From: Dehalococcoidales bacterium
GTDB lineage: Bacteria; Chloroflexota; Dehalococcoidia; Dehalococcoidales; UBA2162
Direction of reading: 5' to 3'
NCBI GenBank assembly: GCA_037440885.1
Contig: JBBITI010000019.1
Span: 1-56,306, forward strand
Length of the DNA: 56,306 nt
The notes under the pieces are model-generated. The model was not told the DNA's origin. It made no database searches and saw only the letters and a program-made list of their open reading frames with translations. Each line of letters opens with the position of its first letter. Within the stretch, counting starts at the first letter, position 1. Of this stretch, positions 47,658 through 56,306 are shown one piece after another. Made by a program: the position numbers and the translations under genes.

Positions 47658-48105
47658 AAATTATCCCTGATAAAAACGGAAGGTGTCTTGAACTTCCCGC
47701 CCGGTATCCATTAACTTGAACCAAGACAGCATGTGACTTTTATCTACATATCTGCTAGACTAAGGAAACCATGGCAAATATATACGATTGTGATAGATTA
47801 CCAGAGTTTAATTATGCAGGCAACTATTTTCACTAATCACACCTGATCTTAATTCCATGCGGTGAAGGTGTTTCTTTCATAACACGGCATTCCTTACCAA
47901 GAGCGGGATATTTCTCCCGATAGGTCGGCCGGAACCGAATTTATTCGACTTCCCGGCCAGATGGCGGTGCCGGTACGGTTATCGAGGGACAACGGTTCAG
48001 CGACCTCGAAGACATTGTAGAAATCATTGTTAACCGGCACGAAGACAACCTAGTCTACATTTCTTTTACAAGGGGTGATCAGGGGCTGAAAGCCTCAGTA
48101 ACATT

Positions 48106-49521
48106 TTGAGTAATACTGAACTACCCAATAGAAACCCGGAACGGTTGGGCACCGATCCCATCGGCAGACTACTGTTCCGCTTAAGCTTTCCAAGTATCAT
48201 CTCAATGGTCGTGGTATCGCTTTACAACCTGGTAGATACCTTCTGGGTTGCCCGGTTGGGACACGAAGCGATTGCAGCCGTGACCGTGGCGATGCCTTTT
48301 TTTGTATTGTGTATTGCTGTAGGGGCGGGGACCGGGGTTGGCATCAATGCACTGGCTTCCCGAAAATTCGGCGAACGTGACACGGCAACGGCTAACCGGG
48401 TGGCCGGCCAGACTTATTCTTTATCACTGTGTATAGGCATTATATTTCTGCTGATAACGAACCTGTTTCCTCAGCAAATATTAAAACTTTCCGGGGCAAC
48501 CCCCGACGTGATGGTTTTGGCGGAAACCTACCTGCGTACCCTGGGCTGGGGAATGCCATTCTTCTTTTTCAGTATCGCCGGACGGAATGTTTTTCAAGCG
48601 TCAGGCGATGCCGTACGTCCCATGGTCTTCACAATTATTTCCCAGGTGATTAATATCATCCTCGACCCGGTATTGATATTCGGTTGGGGATTCTTCCCGG
48701 AGATGGGGATTGCCGGAGCGGCGACGGCGACAGTAATCGCGACCGTGGTAAGTTCATTGTTAGTCAATTACTGGGTTACATCAAAAACCTCAGCGTATAA
48801 ATTGTCAAGGCGTGATTTCGTGCCCCATTTACCGACTATCAGGGCCATCTACCGGGTTGGATTCCCATCAATGCTGATGGAATCTACCGAGAGTATCGTC
48901 TTTGCAATGTTCAATAACGTCGTTGCCGTTTTCGGCTCCGTCGCATTAGCAGCCGTAGGCATAGCCAGCCGCATTGCCGATCTAGCTTTCATGGTAATCA
49001 TCGGTACAGCCCATGGGTTATTACCGATAGTTGGTTACAGCTTCGGTGCCAGATTATGGTCACGTTTATGGGGTGCCCTTCGCAATGCTTCACTGGCCAT
49101 GGTAGTAATCTTGTCCGTCAATACCATAGCCCTGGTGATATTCACCCCGCAACTCCTAGCTTTATTCACCAAAGACAAAGAGTTGATCGCGATTGCGGTA
49201 CCCGGAATGCGTATATTCCTTTCTACGCTAGTTCTGGTCGGACCTACTATTATGTTCATCACCACGTTCCAGGGACTCGCCAAGGGAAAAGATGCGATGT
49301 TCCTTTCGCTCATCAGGCAGTTCGTTTTTTTCGTACCCGCTCTTTTCGGACTGACCCATATAATGGGAATCACCGGAATGTGGTTGTCAATGCCGATCTC
49401 TGATATCGCCGGAGCGACGGTTGCAGGTCTGTGGCTACTGCGCGAGTACCACCGGCAAAAGAAAGACCCGGCATGGGGTTTAACCAATACCGGGTCAATA
49501 AAAGACCATACAAAAAATTAA
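48106..49521 (+). CDS. MATE family efflux transporter
   Basis: 471 aa, 12 predicted TM helices. N-terminus PIGRLLFRLSFPSIISMVV is typical of MATE. TTG start with no clear RBS. Confidence 0.9.
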   Translation: MSNTELPNRNPERLGTDPIGRLLFRLSFPSIISMVVVSLYNLVDTFWVARLGHEAIAAVTVAMPFFVLCIAVGAGTGVGINALASRKFGERDTATANRVAGQTYSLSLCIGIIFLLITNLFPQQILKLSGATPDVMVLAETYLRTLGWGMPFFFFSIAGRNVFQASGDAVRPMVFTIISQVINIILDPVLIFGWGFFPEMGIAGAATATVIATVVSSLLVNYWVTSKTSAYKLSRRDFVPHLPTIRAIYRVGFPSMLMESTESIVFAMFNNVVAVFGSVALAAVGIASRIADLAFMVIIGTAHGLLPIVGYSFGARLWSRLWGALRNASLAMVVILSVNTIALVIFTPQLLALFTKDKELIAIAVPGMRIFLSTLVLVGPTIMFITTFQGLAKGKDAMFLSLIRQFVFFVPALFGLTHIMGITGMWLSMPISDIAGATVAGLWLLREYHRQKKDPAWGLTNTGSIKDHTKN

Positions 49522-49976
49522 CGGGGCGGCCGGTCCCGTTTCTGGAAGAGTTCGATCACTAAACCGCCGACTTTCCGTGCATCCATATAGGCGTACTCAC
49601 CTTTGGCATAGTACATGGCCGGGATACCTTTCGCTTTCAATTCTTCAACCTCTTTAGCAAGGTCAGCGACCTGAAAAGCCACGTGATTAGCGCCTTCACC
49701 GTGCTTATCCATCCATGTCTCGTTGTAATTTCCGCCCGCTACCGGTTCGGTCAGTTCCAGCATCAAAGGTCCCAGAGACAGCATTTTAATTTTAATTTGC
49801 CACGGCGGGGCATTCTTTTCACCATATGTTTCAAAATCCTTAAAACGTTTGCTATCCAGGACATGTCCGGGAGAGTCATCGGTTGTGCCACCCAGGGATT
49901 TGTAGTATTTGACAGCTTCATCCATGTTTTTTACTGAAAGACCGACGTGCCACAAGGTCCAATTTTCCATGCCCAT
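49518..49976 (-). CDS. VOC (glyoxalase/bleomycin-resistance/dioxygenase) family protein
   Basis: 152 aa from ATG 49976 (RBS AAGGAGGG 8 nt upstream). WHVGLSVKNMDEAVKYY and ANHVAFQVADL motifs. The 3' end overlaps the MATE stop by 4 nt (convergent genes). Confidence 0.8.
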   Translation of the reverse strand: MGMENWTLWHVGLSVKNMDEAVKYYKSLGGTTDDSPGHVLDSKRFKDFETYGEKNAPPWQIKIKMLSLGPLMLELTEPVAGGNYNETWMDKHGEGANHVAFQVADLAKEVEELKAKGIPAMYYAKGEYAYMDARKVGGLVIELFQKRDRPPR

Positions 49977-50018
49977 ATTCGTATCCCTCCTTAATAATTC
50001 TATTTCCGGCATCACAAT

Positions 50019-51161
50019 TTAACTTAAAGCTGTATGCACTTTCTTCAGCCACTCAATCACCGCAACTGTCTGCGGGCATGCCTTTTCGCAGTTGCCGCAT
50101 TCCACGCATTGATCTGCCCGGCGCTCCGGTTTTATCCCGAAAGGACTGGCATAACGCATTTTACCAATATTTACGTCTCCGTACATAATCACTTCATTGT
50201 ACAGGCGAAAAATTTCCGGGATTACTACATTGTTCGGACAGGGCTGGCAGTAACCACAACCGGTACACGGTATCGGACTCAATCCCTGATATGCTTTCCT
50301 GACCCCGGCAATGAATTCGAGGTCGCTCCCATCAAGAATACCCGGGCTGGAACGGTCCGCCGCCACCAAATTCTCTTCGACTTGCTGCATGTTACTCATA
50401 CCGCTAAGAGCGACTGAAGTTTCCGGCTGATTCCAGACCCACTGCAAGGCCCATTCGGCACGACTCCAGTTTCGCTTCGTTTTTTGCCATTCTTCAGCTA
50501 TTATTTTCGGTGGTTCTTTTGCCAACAATCCACCGCGAATTGGTTCCATTACAACAACCGCGAGGTTTTTTGACGCTGCATACTCGACACCTTTACGCCC
50601 CGCCTGGATTTCAATATCCATAAAGTTATACTGTACCTGGCAGAATGTCCAGTTATCGTAATAATCAATAATTTCTTTGAGCACGGGAAATTTATCATGA
50701 AAAGAGAAACCAAGGTATCCGATCCGTCCGGCTGCCAACATCTTTTCTGCCCATGGCAACACGTCAAGGTCGCGAATTCTAGGCCAGGTTTCCGCATTCA
50801 AACCATGCAGCAGATAAAAATCGATCTTTTCTGTCTGCAACTTAGCAAGTTGTTCGTTGAAAATACGATCGAAGTCAGCCGCAGAAGCAACGGAATTCGG
50901 TGGCATTTTTGTTGCTATCCGGACCTTCGACCGATAATCATTCTGCAACGCCTTACCGACCAATTGTTCGCTATTCCCCATATGATAGAGATAAGCAGAA
51001 TCAAGATAATTCACCCCGCCATCGATAGCCCGGCGGATCATACGGATCGCTTCCGCTTCATTGATATTTGCCGGATTATTATCTATACTTGGCAACCTCA
51101 TCGCACCAAATCCCAGTGCGGACACCTTCCAGTCCAGTTTGCCAAATCTACGGTATTGCAT
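50019..51161 (-). CDS. Aldo/keto reductase with a C-terminal 4Fe-4S ferredoxin-like domain
   Basis: 380 aa. N-terminus MQYRRFGKLDWKVSALGFGAMRLP. C-terminal CTGCGYCQPCP and CVECGNCEKACP motifs. Confidence 0.85.
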   Translation of the reverse strand: MQYRRFGKLDWKVSALGFGAMRLPSIDNNPANINEAEAIRMIRRAIDGGVNYLDSAYLYHMGNSEQLVGKALQNDYRSKVRIATKMPPNSVASAADFDRIFNEQLAKLQTEKIDFYLLHGLNAETWPRIRDLDVLPWAEKMLAAGRIGYLGFSFHDKFPVLKEIIDYYDNWTFCQVQYNFMDIEIQAGRKGVEYAASKNLAVVVMEPIRGGLLAKEPPKIIAEEWQKTKRNWSRAEWALQWVWNQPETSVALSGMSNMQQVEENLVAADRSSPGILDGSDLEFIAGVRKAYQGLSPIPCTGCGYCQPCPNNVVIPEIFRLYNEVIMYGDVNIGKMRYASPFGIKPERRADQCVECGNCEKACPQTVAVIEWLKKVHTALS

Positions 51162-51308
51162 TAGCCGCCATCCTCTCTAATAAGTCATATTAGATATAAT
51201 GTATTCACATTACATTCTAAGCCTAATGCGGATCACGACGCAAACCAACAGCCGGGTTTCTGCTTTGTCTGATAATAATTGAAGCTATTTCCGCAAAAAG
51301 ACCGGTTC

Positions 51309-52130
51309 TCACTTTACTACAATCAGCTCTTTGCGCGCACGAACGATATACTCAGCGACCTGCATAAAACCGGCGTCGATCGCCAGTTCACTGTGATATG
51401 AAGCCTGGTCTGTCATGATAGCCTGTTGTTCTGACGAAAGCTGTGGATTAAGTATCCGAACACTATTAGAGAAGTATTGAAACAATGAGATATCCGTCGG
51501 CGAGTCGCCAAAAACCATCACTTCATTAGAATTCAGAGATGGTATGGCGACCTGGTCAAGCATCCTCTGCAATGTGCCGCCTTTACTGATGGTTTCCGCC
51601 ATAATATGAACCATGTAACCTGAGTCCAAGATCTGAACACCGGGCGCAACCAATCTCAATTCCGCCACCGACAACCCACCCGTATCGATAGTGACATCAA
51701 CTGTACGGTAGATATTGTCTTCCCGCTCGCTGATTTTAGCGGGAAAAACGGTTTTTAACTTTGCTACAGCCTCGAACGCCGGCTGCCTGGAATATCCGAG
51801 ATTGATCGTTTCTTTCCCAATTGCAAGCTGAGCCACTCCACCATTCTCAGCAATCAACGGACCATCAGTGCCCAGTAATCTTGTTACTTTTTGCAATCTG
51901 GGCAAGGTACGTCCGGATACCAGGCCGATGATCAATCCGTACTTCTTGAGCCGGTCAAACATGTTTACGATGTCAGAGCAGAAATGTTCACCGTCAGCCG
52001 TCAGTGTGCCATCAACATCAGTCATGATAAGACGCAATGAACGGCAAACGCTGACAGGTATTTCAGTAAAGGGGCGGGTCATAGAAAACAGCATATCGCA
52101 GCCAGACGACGTAACGCAACACAGCGGCAA
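51309..52130 (-). CDS. HAD-superfamily (Cof-like, subclass IIB) hydrolase
   Basis: Motif I LIMTDVDGTLT and motif IV VFGDSPTD. The start is uncertain (TTG 52130, ATG 52094 or ATG 52082) and no RBS was seen. Confidence 0.8.
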   Translation of the reverse strand: MPLCCVTSSGCDMLFSMTRPFTEIPVSVCRSLRLIMTDVDGTLTADGEHFCSDIVNMFDRLKKYGLIIGLVSGRTLPRLQKVTRLLGTDGPLIAENGGVAQLAIGKETINLGYSRQPAFEAVAKLKTVFPAKISEREDNIYRTVDVTIDTGGLSVAELRLVAPGVQILDSGYMVHIMAETISKGGTLQRMLDQVAIPSLNSNEVMVFGDSPTDISLFQYFSNSVRILNPQLSSEQQAIMTDQASYHSELAIDAGFMQVAEYIVRARKELIVVK

Positions 52131-52160
52131 TTTTGACTCAACCGTTGATCACAAACTACA

Positions 52161-53180
52161 ATGTCCTTACCAAGTCTGAAAAAGGGAAAAAAGATGACAG
52201 ATCAAATGACAGGCAGGTTTATCATTTACGGAGCTGGAGGCATCGGGGGAGTGGTGGGAGGACACCTGGCGATGGCCGGCAAGCAAGTCGTGCTGATCGG
52301 ACGGCCTGCCCAGATGAAAGCGGTACAGCAACACGGGCTCAAGCTCGTTAAGCCGAACGAGACTCATATCCTTAAAGTGGATGCCGTCACTTCTCCGTCT
52401 GAAGCCAATCTCAAGTTTGATGATGTTATTTTACTGACCATGAAAGGTCAGAATACCGAAGCGGCCATGCGCGATCTAAAGTCAGTAATAAATGATATCC
52501 CGGTTTTTTGCCTGCAGAACGGTATCCGAAACGAGGAGATTGTTGCACGGTTTTTCACCAGAGTATATGGTACGCGTGTAAACATCGGCGCAGTTTATAT
52601 GAATACCGGAGAAGTAATCTGCCGCCGCGATCCCCCCGGCTGGTTGGTGACTGGCACCTATCCACAAGGAACCGATAAACTTGTAGAATCTGTCGGTGCC
52701 GTCCTCCGCAACGCCGGTTTTTATGTCCTGGTAACGCCGGATGTCATGCCATATAAATGGGGGAAACTCATGACCAACCTCGGTAACGCTGTCGGGGCGA
52801 TAACCAACGACAACACGAAAACAGCCCACGAAATCACCCGCGCAGCCCAAGAAGAAGCCAGACGGATCCTTAAAGCTGCCGGTATTCAATGGTATTCCGA
52901 GGAGGAAATAAAAAAAGGCTGGTCCGACTTTATGACCCCGCCCAGAGCGGCCATGCACACGGAGGAACAGAGTTCCACGTGGCAAAGTCTGGGACGCCAG
53001 CAAGGTACAGTAGAGACTGATTTCCTGAATGGTGAGATTGTCCGTGTTGCCCGAAAAATCGGGGATGCGGCCCCGATAAATGCAATTATTACCCGGATCA
53101 CCGAAGATATGGCTGCACAAAAAGAAAAACCCGGGAAATATACGACTGCCGAACTCTCCCGTATGCTCGGACTAACTTAA
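52161..53180 (+). CDS. Ketopantoate reductase (PanE/ApbA) family oxidoreductase
   Basis: Rossmann motif IIYGAGGIGGVVGGHLAMAGKQVVLIGR and the family C-terminal domain. The start is uncertain (52161, 52194 or 52206). Confidence 0.8.
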   Translation: MSLPSLKKGKKMTDQMTGRFIIYGAGGIGGVVGGHLAMAGKQVVLIGRPAQMKAVQQHGLKLVKPNETHILKVDAVTSPSEANLKFDDVILLTMKGQNTEAAMRDLKSVINDIPVFCLQNGIRNEEIVARFFTRVYGTRVNIGAVYMNTGEVICRRDPPGWLVTGTYPQGTDKLVESVGAVLRNAGFYVLVTPDVMPYKWGKLMTNLGNAVGAITNDNTKTAHEITRAAQEEARRILKAAGIQWYSEEEIKKGWSDFMTPPRAAMHTEEQSSTWQSLGRQQGTVETDFLNGEIVRVARKIGDAAPINAIITRITEDMAAQKEKPGKYTTAELSRMLGLT

Positions 53181-53351
53181 TCAATATCAGGGCATAAGTG
53201 GACGACTTCATGGCAACTACAAAAAAGCCGGGAGAATACTTCGGTACAATCGTCCGGAGTTGTCTTGTTTTTGTCCTATTTATCATGCTTGCGAATATTG
53301 CCTACAAATCGAAGTCAACAAGAAACCGTAAGATTATCTACCGTCCATCTT

Positions 53352-53397
53352 AGCCGGGTTTTTCAATACTACACAGCTTCAAAAAGCCCGGCTTTTC
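53352..53397 (+). terminator. Candidate terminator hairpin downstream of the panE-like gene
   Basis: AGCCGGGTTTTT / AAAAGCCCGGCT form a 12-bp stem with one G-U pair and a 17-nt loop. A short TTT follows. Confidence 0.4.
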
Positions 53398-53493
53398 AAG
53401 AGCGGGTATCACGCTATATTGATCAAGGCTGAGAAGCGGCAACCTGATGAAACGGGCCGAATTCAGGCAATCTTTTTCACAGCTATATGTTTC

Positions 53494-53520
53494 TTGACTC
53501 TATCCCTTATATGATATAAT
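53494..53520 (+). promoter_or_regulatory. Candidate promoter of binding protein 2
   Basis: TTGACT, 15 nt spacer, TATAAT, with an extended -10 (TGaTATAAT). About 100 nt upstream of the ATG. Confidence 0.4.
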
Positions 53521-53621
53521 CTCTCCGCTAAAAAACGTCTACAGGTATAAAAAAGGAGGTGAGAGTTCAGTAAACGAGCGGAATCACCAGAGTATAACAG
53601 GAATAATCAAGGGGGTATTGG

Positions 53622-55430
53622 ATGAAAAAGATTTTTGTATTTTTAATGTTACTCATCTCATTGATACTCATACTAACGGCATGTGGCGAGAAGACAAGCA
53701 CCCAGAATACTCCTCTAACCACAACTACAACCGCTAAAACAACTAGACCGGCAACAGCCACCACGAGTACGGCACCGCAGGCCAGCACACCACGTTACGG
53801 AGGTTATGTCACCATCCCATTAGCTGCAGACATCCTCAACTTTGAGGAGATGTACGGTTGGCACCCAGGCGCACATCTGTTAAAACTTACCAATGAAGAA
53901 CTGGTAATGGGTGACTGGGCAAAAGGTCCCGCCGGAACCGGCGAATGTGACTGGGCTATTCGCGGTACCGACCGTTTCGTCCAGAAAGCGGGCTCGCTGG
54001 CTGAAAGCTGGGAATATCCCAAGGTTGGCACTGCCATATATCGGATAAGGCACGGCATCAATTGGGCAGTCAACCCCAACAGCGAAGCCGCCCGACTGGT
54101 GAACGGACGGGCACTTAATGCCCACGATATTGTCTGGACCCTGCAAACTTACATTACATTTACCCGAGCATACCTGTATTCCCAACCCGGCTTGAAAGAT
54201 GCCAAAATAAAGGCATTGGACGACTGGACTGTCCAGATCGACATCGATCCGGCATACTTCGAAGCCGGGATCTCTCGCTTCCAGGATTTCGCCAGTATCA
54301 TACCGCGTGAGGTAGTGCAAAAATACGGCTCAATGCAGGACTGGCGCACTTCTGTAGGCACGGGTGCTTTTATCCTGAAAGACTATGTTCCGGGTTCCTC
54401 AGCGATGCTGGAACGGAATGCCAATTACTGGCAAAAAGATCCGGTAGGACCCGGGAAAGGGAGTCAGTTGCCGTACGTTGACGGTGTCAAGTACGTGATA
54501 ATCACTGATTCGTCGACGACCCAATCGGCTTTCCGGACTGCCAAGATCGACGTTTACACTTCCGCCGATTGGGAAACCGGCGCTCTTTTAACCAAAGAGA
54601 ATCCCAAACTCCTTTACAAGAAACTTATCCAGGATACGACTCCAAACAACACGATGATGAGAACCGACAAAGCTCCGTTCAGCGACATCCGTGTTCGAAG
54701 AGCGCTCTTCATGGCAACCGATTTCAATGCTTTGAAGAAAGACCTTTACGGAGGTGAAGCTGACATCATCACCTGGCCGATGACTTCGGTAAGAGAATAC
54801 AAGGATGCTTACCTATCCCTTGAAGAAGCACCTGACTCCGTAAAGGAGTTGTATAACTATAACCAACAAAAAGCCAAAACATTACTAGCAGAAGCCGGCT
54901 ATCCCGACGGTTTCAAAGTTACTATTATTGCCCAAAATCTGACGGAGCGCGTCGATTATTATTCGGTAATTAAAGCGATGTGGGCGAAAGTGAAAATCGA
55001 TGTGACTATCGATTTAAAAGAAGCCGCGGTCTGGGAATCGATCACCGGCGCCCGCAATTTTGAACAGTTGATTCATAGCCATACCGCACCCTGCGGTGCG
55101 ATTTACCGCATGATCAATTATCGCGGTACGGGACAAACTAACGGCAGCTACATTAACGATTCATACGTCGAGCAAATGTACCCCAAGATCCAGGAAGCCT
55201 ATATTCTCAATCCTCCGGAAGCTGATCGCCTGCATAAAGAACTGATGAAATACGTACTCGACCAGGCATGGGTAATCCCCACCCCACTTCCACCGCTATA
55301 TCACCTTTGGTGGCCGTGGGTGAAAAACTTCAATGGAGCGTTGAGTCCCGGTTATGACAATACCTTCAAATTCTCATATTACATCTGGATTGACCGTGAT
55401 CTTCGAGAATCCATGACGGGTAAAAAATAA
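53622..55430 (+). CDS. ABC transporter substrate-binding lipoprotein, family 5 (paralogue of 45785..47599)
   Basis: 602 aa. Lipobox LTAC and a Thr-rich linker (TTTTAKTTRPATATTSTAP). Shared blocks with the first copy include VNGRALNAHDIVW and GTGAFILKDYVPGS. RBS AAGGGGG. Confidence 0.9.
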   Translation: MKKIFVFLMLLISLILILTACGEKTSTQNTPLTTTTTAKTTRPATATTSTAPQASTPRYGGYVTIPLAADILNFEEMYGWHPGAHLLKLTNEELVMGDWAKGPAGTGECDWAIRGTDRFVQKAGSLAESWEYPKVGTAIYRIRHGINWAVNPNSEAARLVNGRALNAHDIVWTLQTYITFTRAYLYSQPGLKDAKIKALDDWTVQIDIDPAYFEAGISRFQDFASIIPREVVQKYGSMQDWRTSVGTGAFILKDYVPGSSAMLERNANYWQKDPVGPGKGSQLPYVDGVKYVIITDSSTTQSAFRTAKIDVYTSADWETGALLTKENPKLLYKKLIQDTTPNNTMMRTDKAPFSDIRVRRALFMATDFNALKKDLYGGEADIITWPMTSVREYKDAYLSLEEAPDSVKELYNYNQQKAKTLLAEAGYPDGFKVTIIAQNLTERVDYYSVIKAMWAKVKIDVTIDLKEAAVWESITGARNFEQLIHSHTAPCGAIYRMINYRGTGQTNGSYINDSYVEQMYPKIQEAYILNPPEADRLHKELMKYVLDQAWVIPTPLPPLYHLWWPWVKNFNGALSPGYDNTFKFSYYIWIDRDLRESMTGKK

Positions 55431-55447
55431 AACCAGCGTACCTGTGG

Positions 55448-55480
55448 AAAAGGGGGAGCAAAGTCTGCTCCCCCTTTTTT
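55448..55480. terminator. Strong bidirectional intrinsic terminator
   Basis: AAAA-GGGGGAGCA-aagtc-TGCTCCCCC-TTTTTT, between convergent genes. Confidence 0.85.
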
Positions 55481-55498
55481 GTGCAAACAGTTCAGCTC

Positions 55499-56182
55499 TT
55501 ATTTTACCGGTTTCAGAATCGCCCTTGCCGGAGCGGCATCGCCATTTTCCAGGAAAATCGGCAAACAAACCAGATCGTAAAATCCCGGTTTTACTTTAGC
55601 CAGGTTAATACCTTCAATGATGTATACCCCATTCTCAAGCAGGATTTTATGAGTATCGCCAATGCTGTTGTTATCACCGTATTTACCGATGGAAAGATAG
55701 TCCAGTCCGACGACCCGGACGCCCTTTTCGACCAGATACCTGATAACGTCGGTTGAAAAATAGACATAATCCGGCACGAAAGCATCAGTTCGATAGCACC
55801 GCTCCGAGTTCAGGGTCTTGAACAACAACCGTTCGCCGTTCTGGATATTTTGCGGGAGCACTTCGTCCATGTTGATCGAAACGGAATTCTTGATCTCAAT
55901 GACCCGGGCCCGCCCGATCGTGGCATCCAGAGGCATCCGGTCGATAGTACGGCCGCCGGCAATGAAATGCAGCGGCGCATCGACATGGGTTCCGACATGG
56001 TCGATTATCTGGATCTCGGTCAGCGTTACAGGATCACCTTTATCGCGATCCTTGATCCGCTCGACCCGGGGAACTGGATCGGAAGGCCAGTAAACCATTT
56101 TATTACGGTAAGGTATGGAAATATCAATCCAGTCAGATTGGGCGGCATCACCCCACTGCAAAGAAGCTTTTTGTTCTACCAA
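55499..56182 (-). CDS. Cyclase family protein (kynurenine formamidase-like)
   Basis: 227 aa. HVGTHVDAPLHF metal-binding motif. TTG start 8 nt after AAGGAGG. Confidence 0.85.
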   Translation of the reverse strand: MVEQKASLQWGDAAQSDWIDISIPYRNKMVYWPSDPVPRVERIKDRDKGDPVTLTEIQIIDHVGTHVDAPLHFIAGGRTIDRMPLDATIGRARVIEIKNSVSINMDEVLPQNIQNGERLLFKTLNSERCYRTDAFVPDYVYFSTDVIRYLVEKGVRVVGLDYLSIGKYGDNNSIGDTHKILLENGVYIIEGINLAKVKPGFYDLVCLPIFLENGDAAPARAILKPVK

Positions 56183-56306
56183 AGCGACAACCTCCTTTTA
56201 CGAGCAAGCAATGCGGTATTAAGTACCACAGTCAGTGTCAACTGTCAATCATTTGTAAGCGTCCATAACATATTGGACTGGTCGAGGGGGCAGAAGTTAT
56301 TCAGAT

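Noticed and set aside
47883-47925. ACACGGC...GCGGGA-tatttc-TCCCG upstream of the MATE gene, faintly like the 3' part of a ykkC/guanidine-I riboswitch.
   Set aside because: The conserved GGUCCGAGAG and CUAGGGUUCCG elements are absent. There is a 16-nt insertion between ACACGG and the hairpin. The similarity is within chance for a 40-nt stretch.
53210-53353. 47-aa ORF (MATTKKPGEYFGTIVRSCLVFVLFIMLANIAYKSKSTRNRKIIYRPS) with one TM-like segment. Its TAG stop abuts the 53352 hairpin.
   Set aside because: No Shine-Dalgarno sequence precedes the ATG or the upstream in-frame GTG at 53198. There is no recognisable family, so it cannot be supported from sequence alone.
1-56306. Searched by eye for tRNA/rRNA/tmRNA/RNase P/SRP RNA hallmarks, CRISPR repeats, IS inverted repeats, and integrase or transposase ORFs.
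   Set aside because: GGTTCGA-type T-arm strings occur only inside confident CDS (e.g. about 29298 and 30741). I found no spaced direct repeats and no recombinase-like ORFs. None of these feature classes is supported.

Overview
The window is gene-dense (about 60 CDS) and mostly bacterial housekeeping. I found no rRNA, tRNA, CRISPR array, transposase or integrase. All domain calls come from reading the translated ORFs and recalling family motifs; no searches or alignments were run.

Left to right, the main genes are:
- rnj (3' part), ftsK, uvrB, an MscS channel, cvpA, prs, secA
- an HTH/PIN toxin-antitoxin pair, valS, coaBC-coaX-nnr, corA-yhhQ
- an iscS-like/iscU/zinc-ribbon/tusA-like cluster
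- a parvulin + GldA/F/G-like ABC + DUF4340 operon, and an oppDF ATPase pair
- copA plus a YHS gene, pilT, and a ftsA-ftsZ operon
- an accessory stretch from about 42-56 kb: a DUF5343-like gene, zinc-ribbon, CGGC, URO-D-family, two family-5 solute-binding lipoproteins, MATE, VOC, an aldo/keto reductase with an Fe-S domain, HAD, a ketopantoate-reductase-like gene and a cyclase

Gene content suggests an anaerobic, possibly Chloroflexota-like organism. That is weak inference only.

I found no clear, complete novel multi-gene system. The strongest observations are:
1. A glutaredoxin-like ORF (37079..37324, minus strand), absent from the ORF track, has an in-frame TGA at the first Cys of a CPWC motif. 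A 9-bp hairpin follows it. This is a candidate selenoprotein.
2. The IscS/NifS homologue has lost the PLP Schiff-base lysine (SGHK becomes AANQ).
3. oppD can only start at ATC or ATT.
4. The ftsAZ operon sits outside a dcw cluster and is flanked by small uncharacterised genes.
5. pilT, the oppDF pair and the two binding proteins all lack their usual partner genes nearby.
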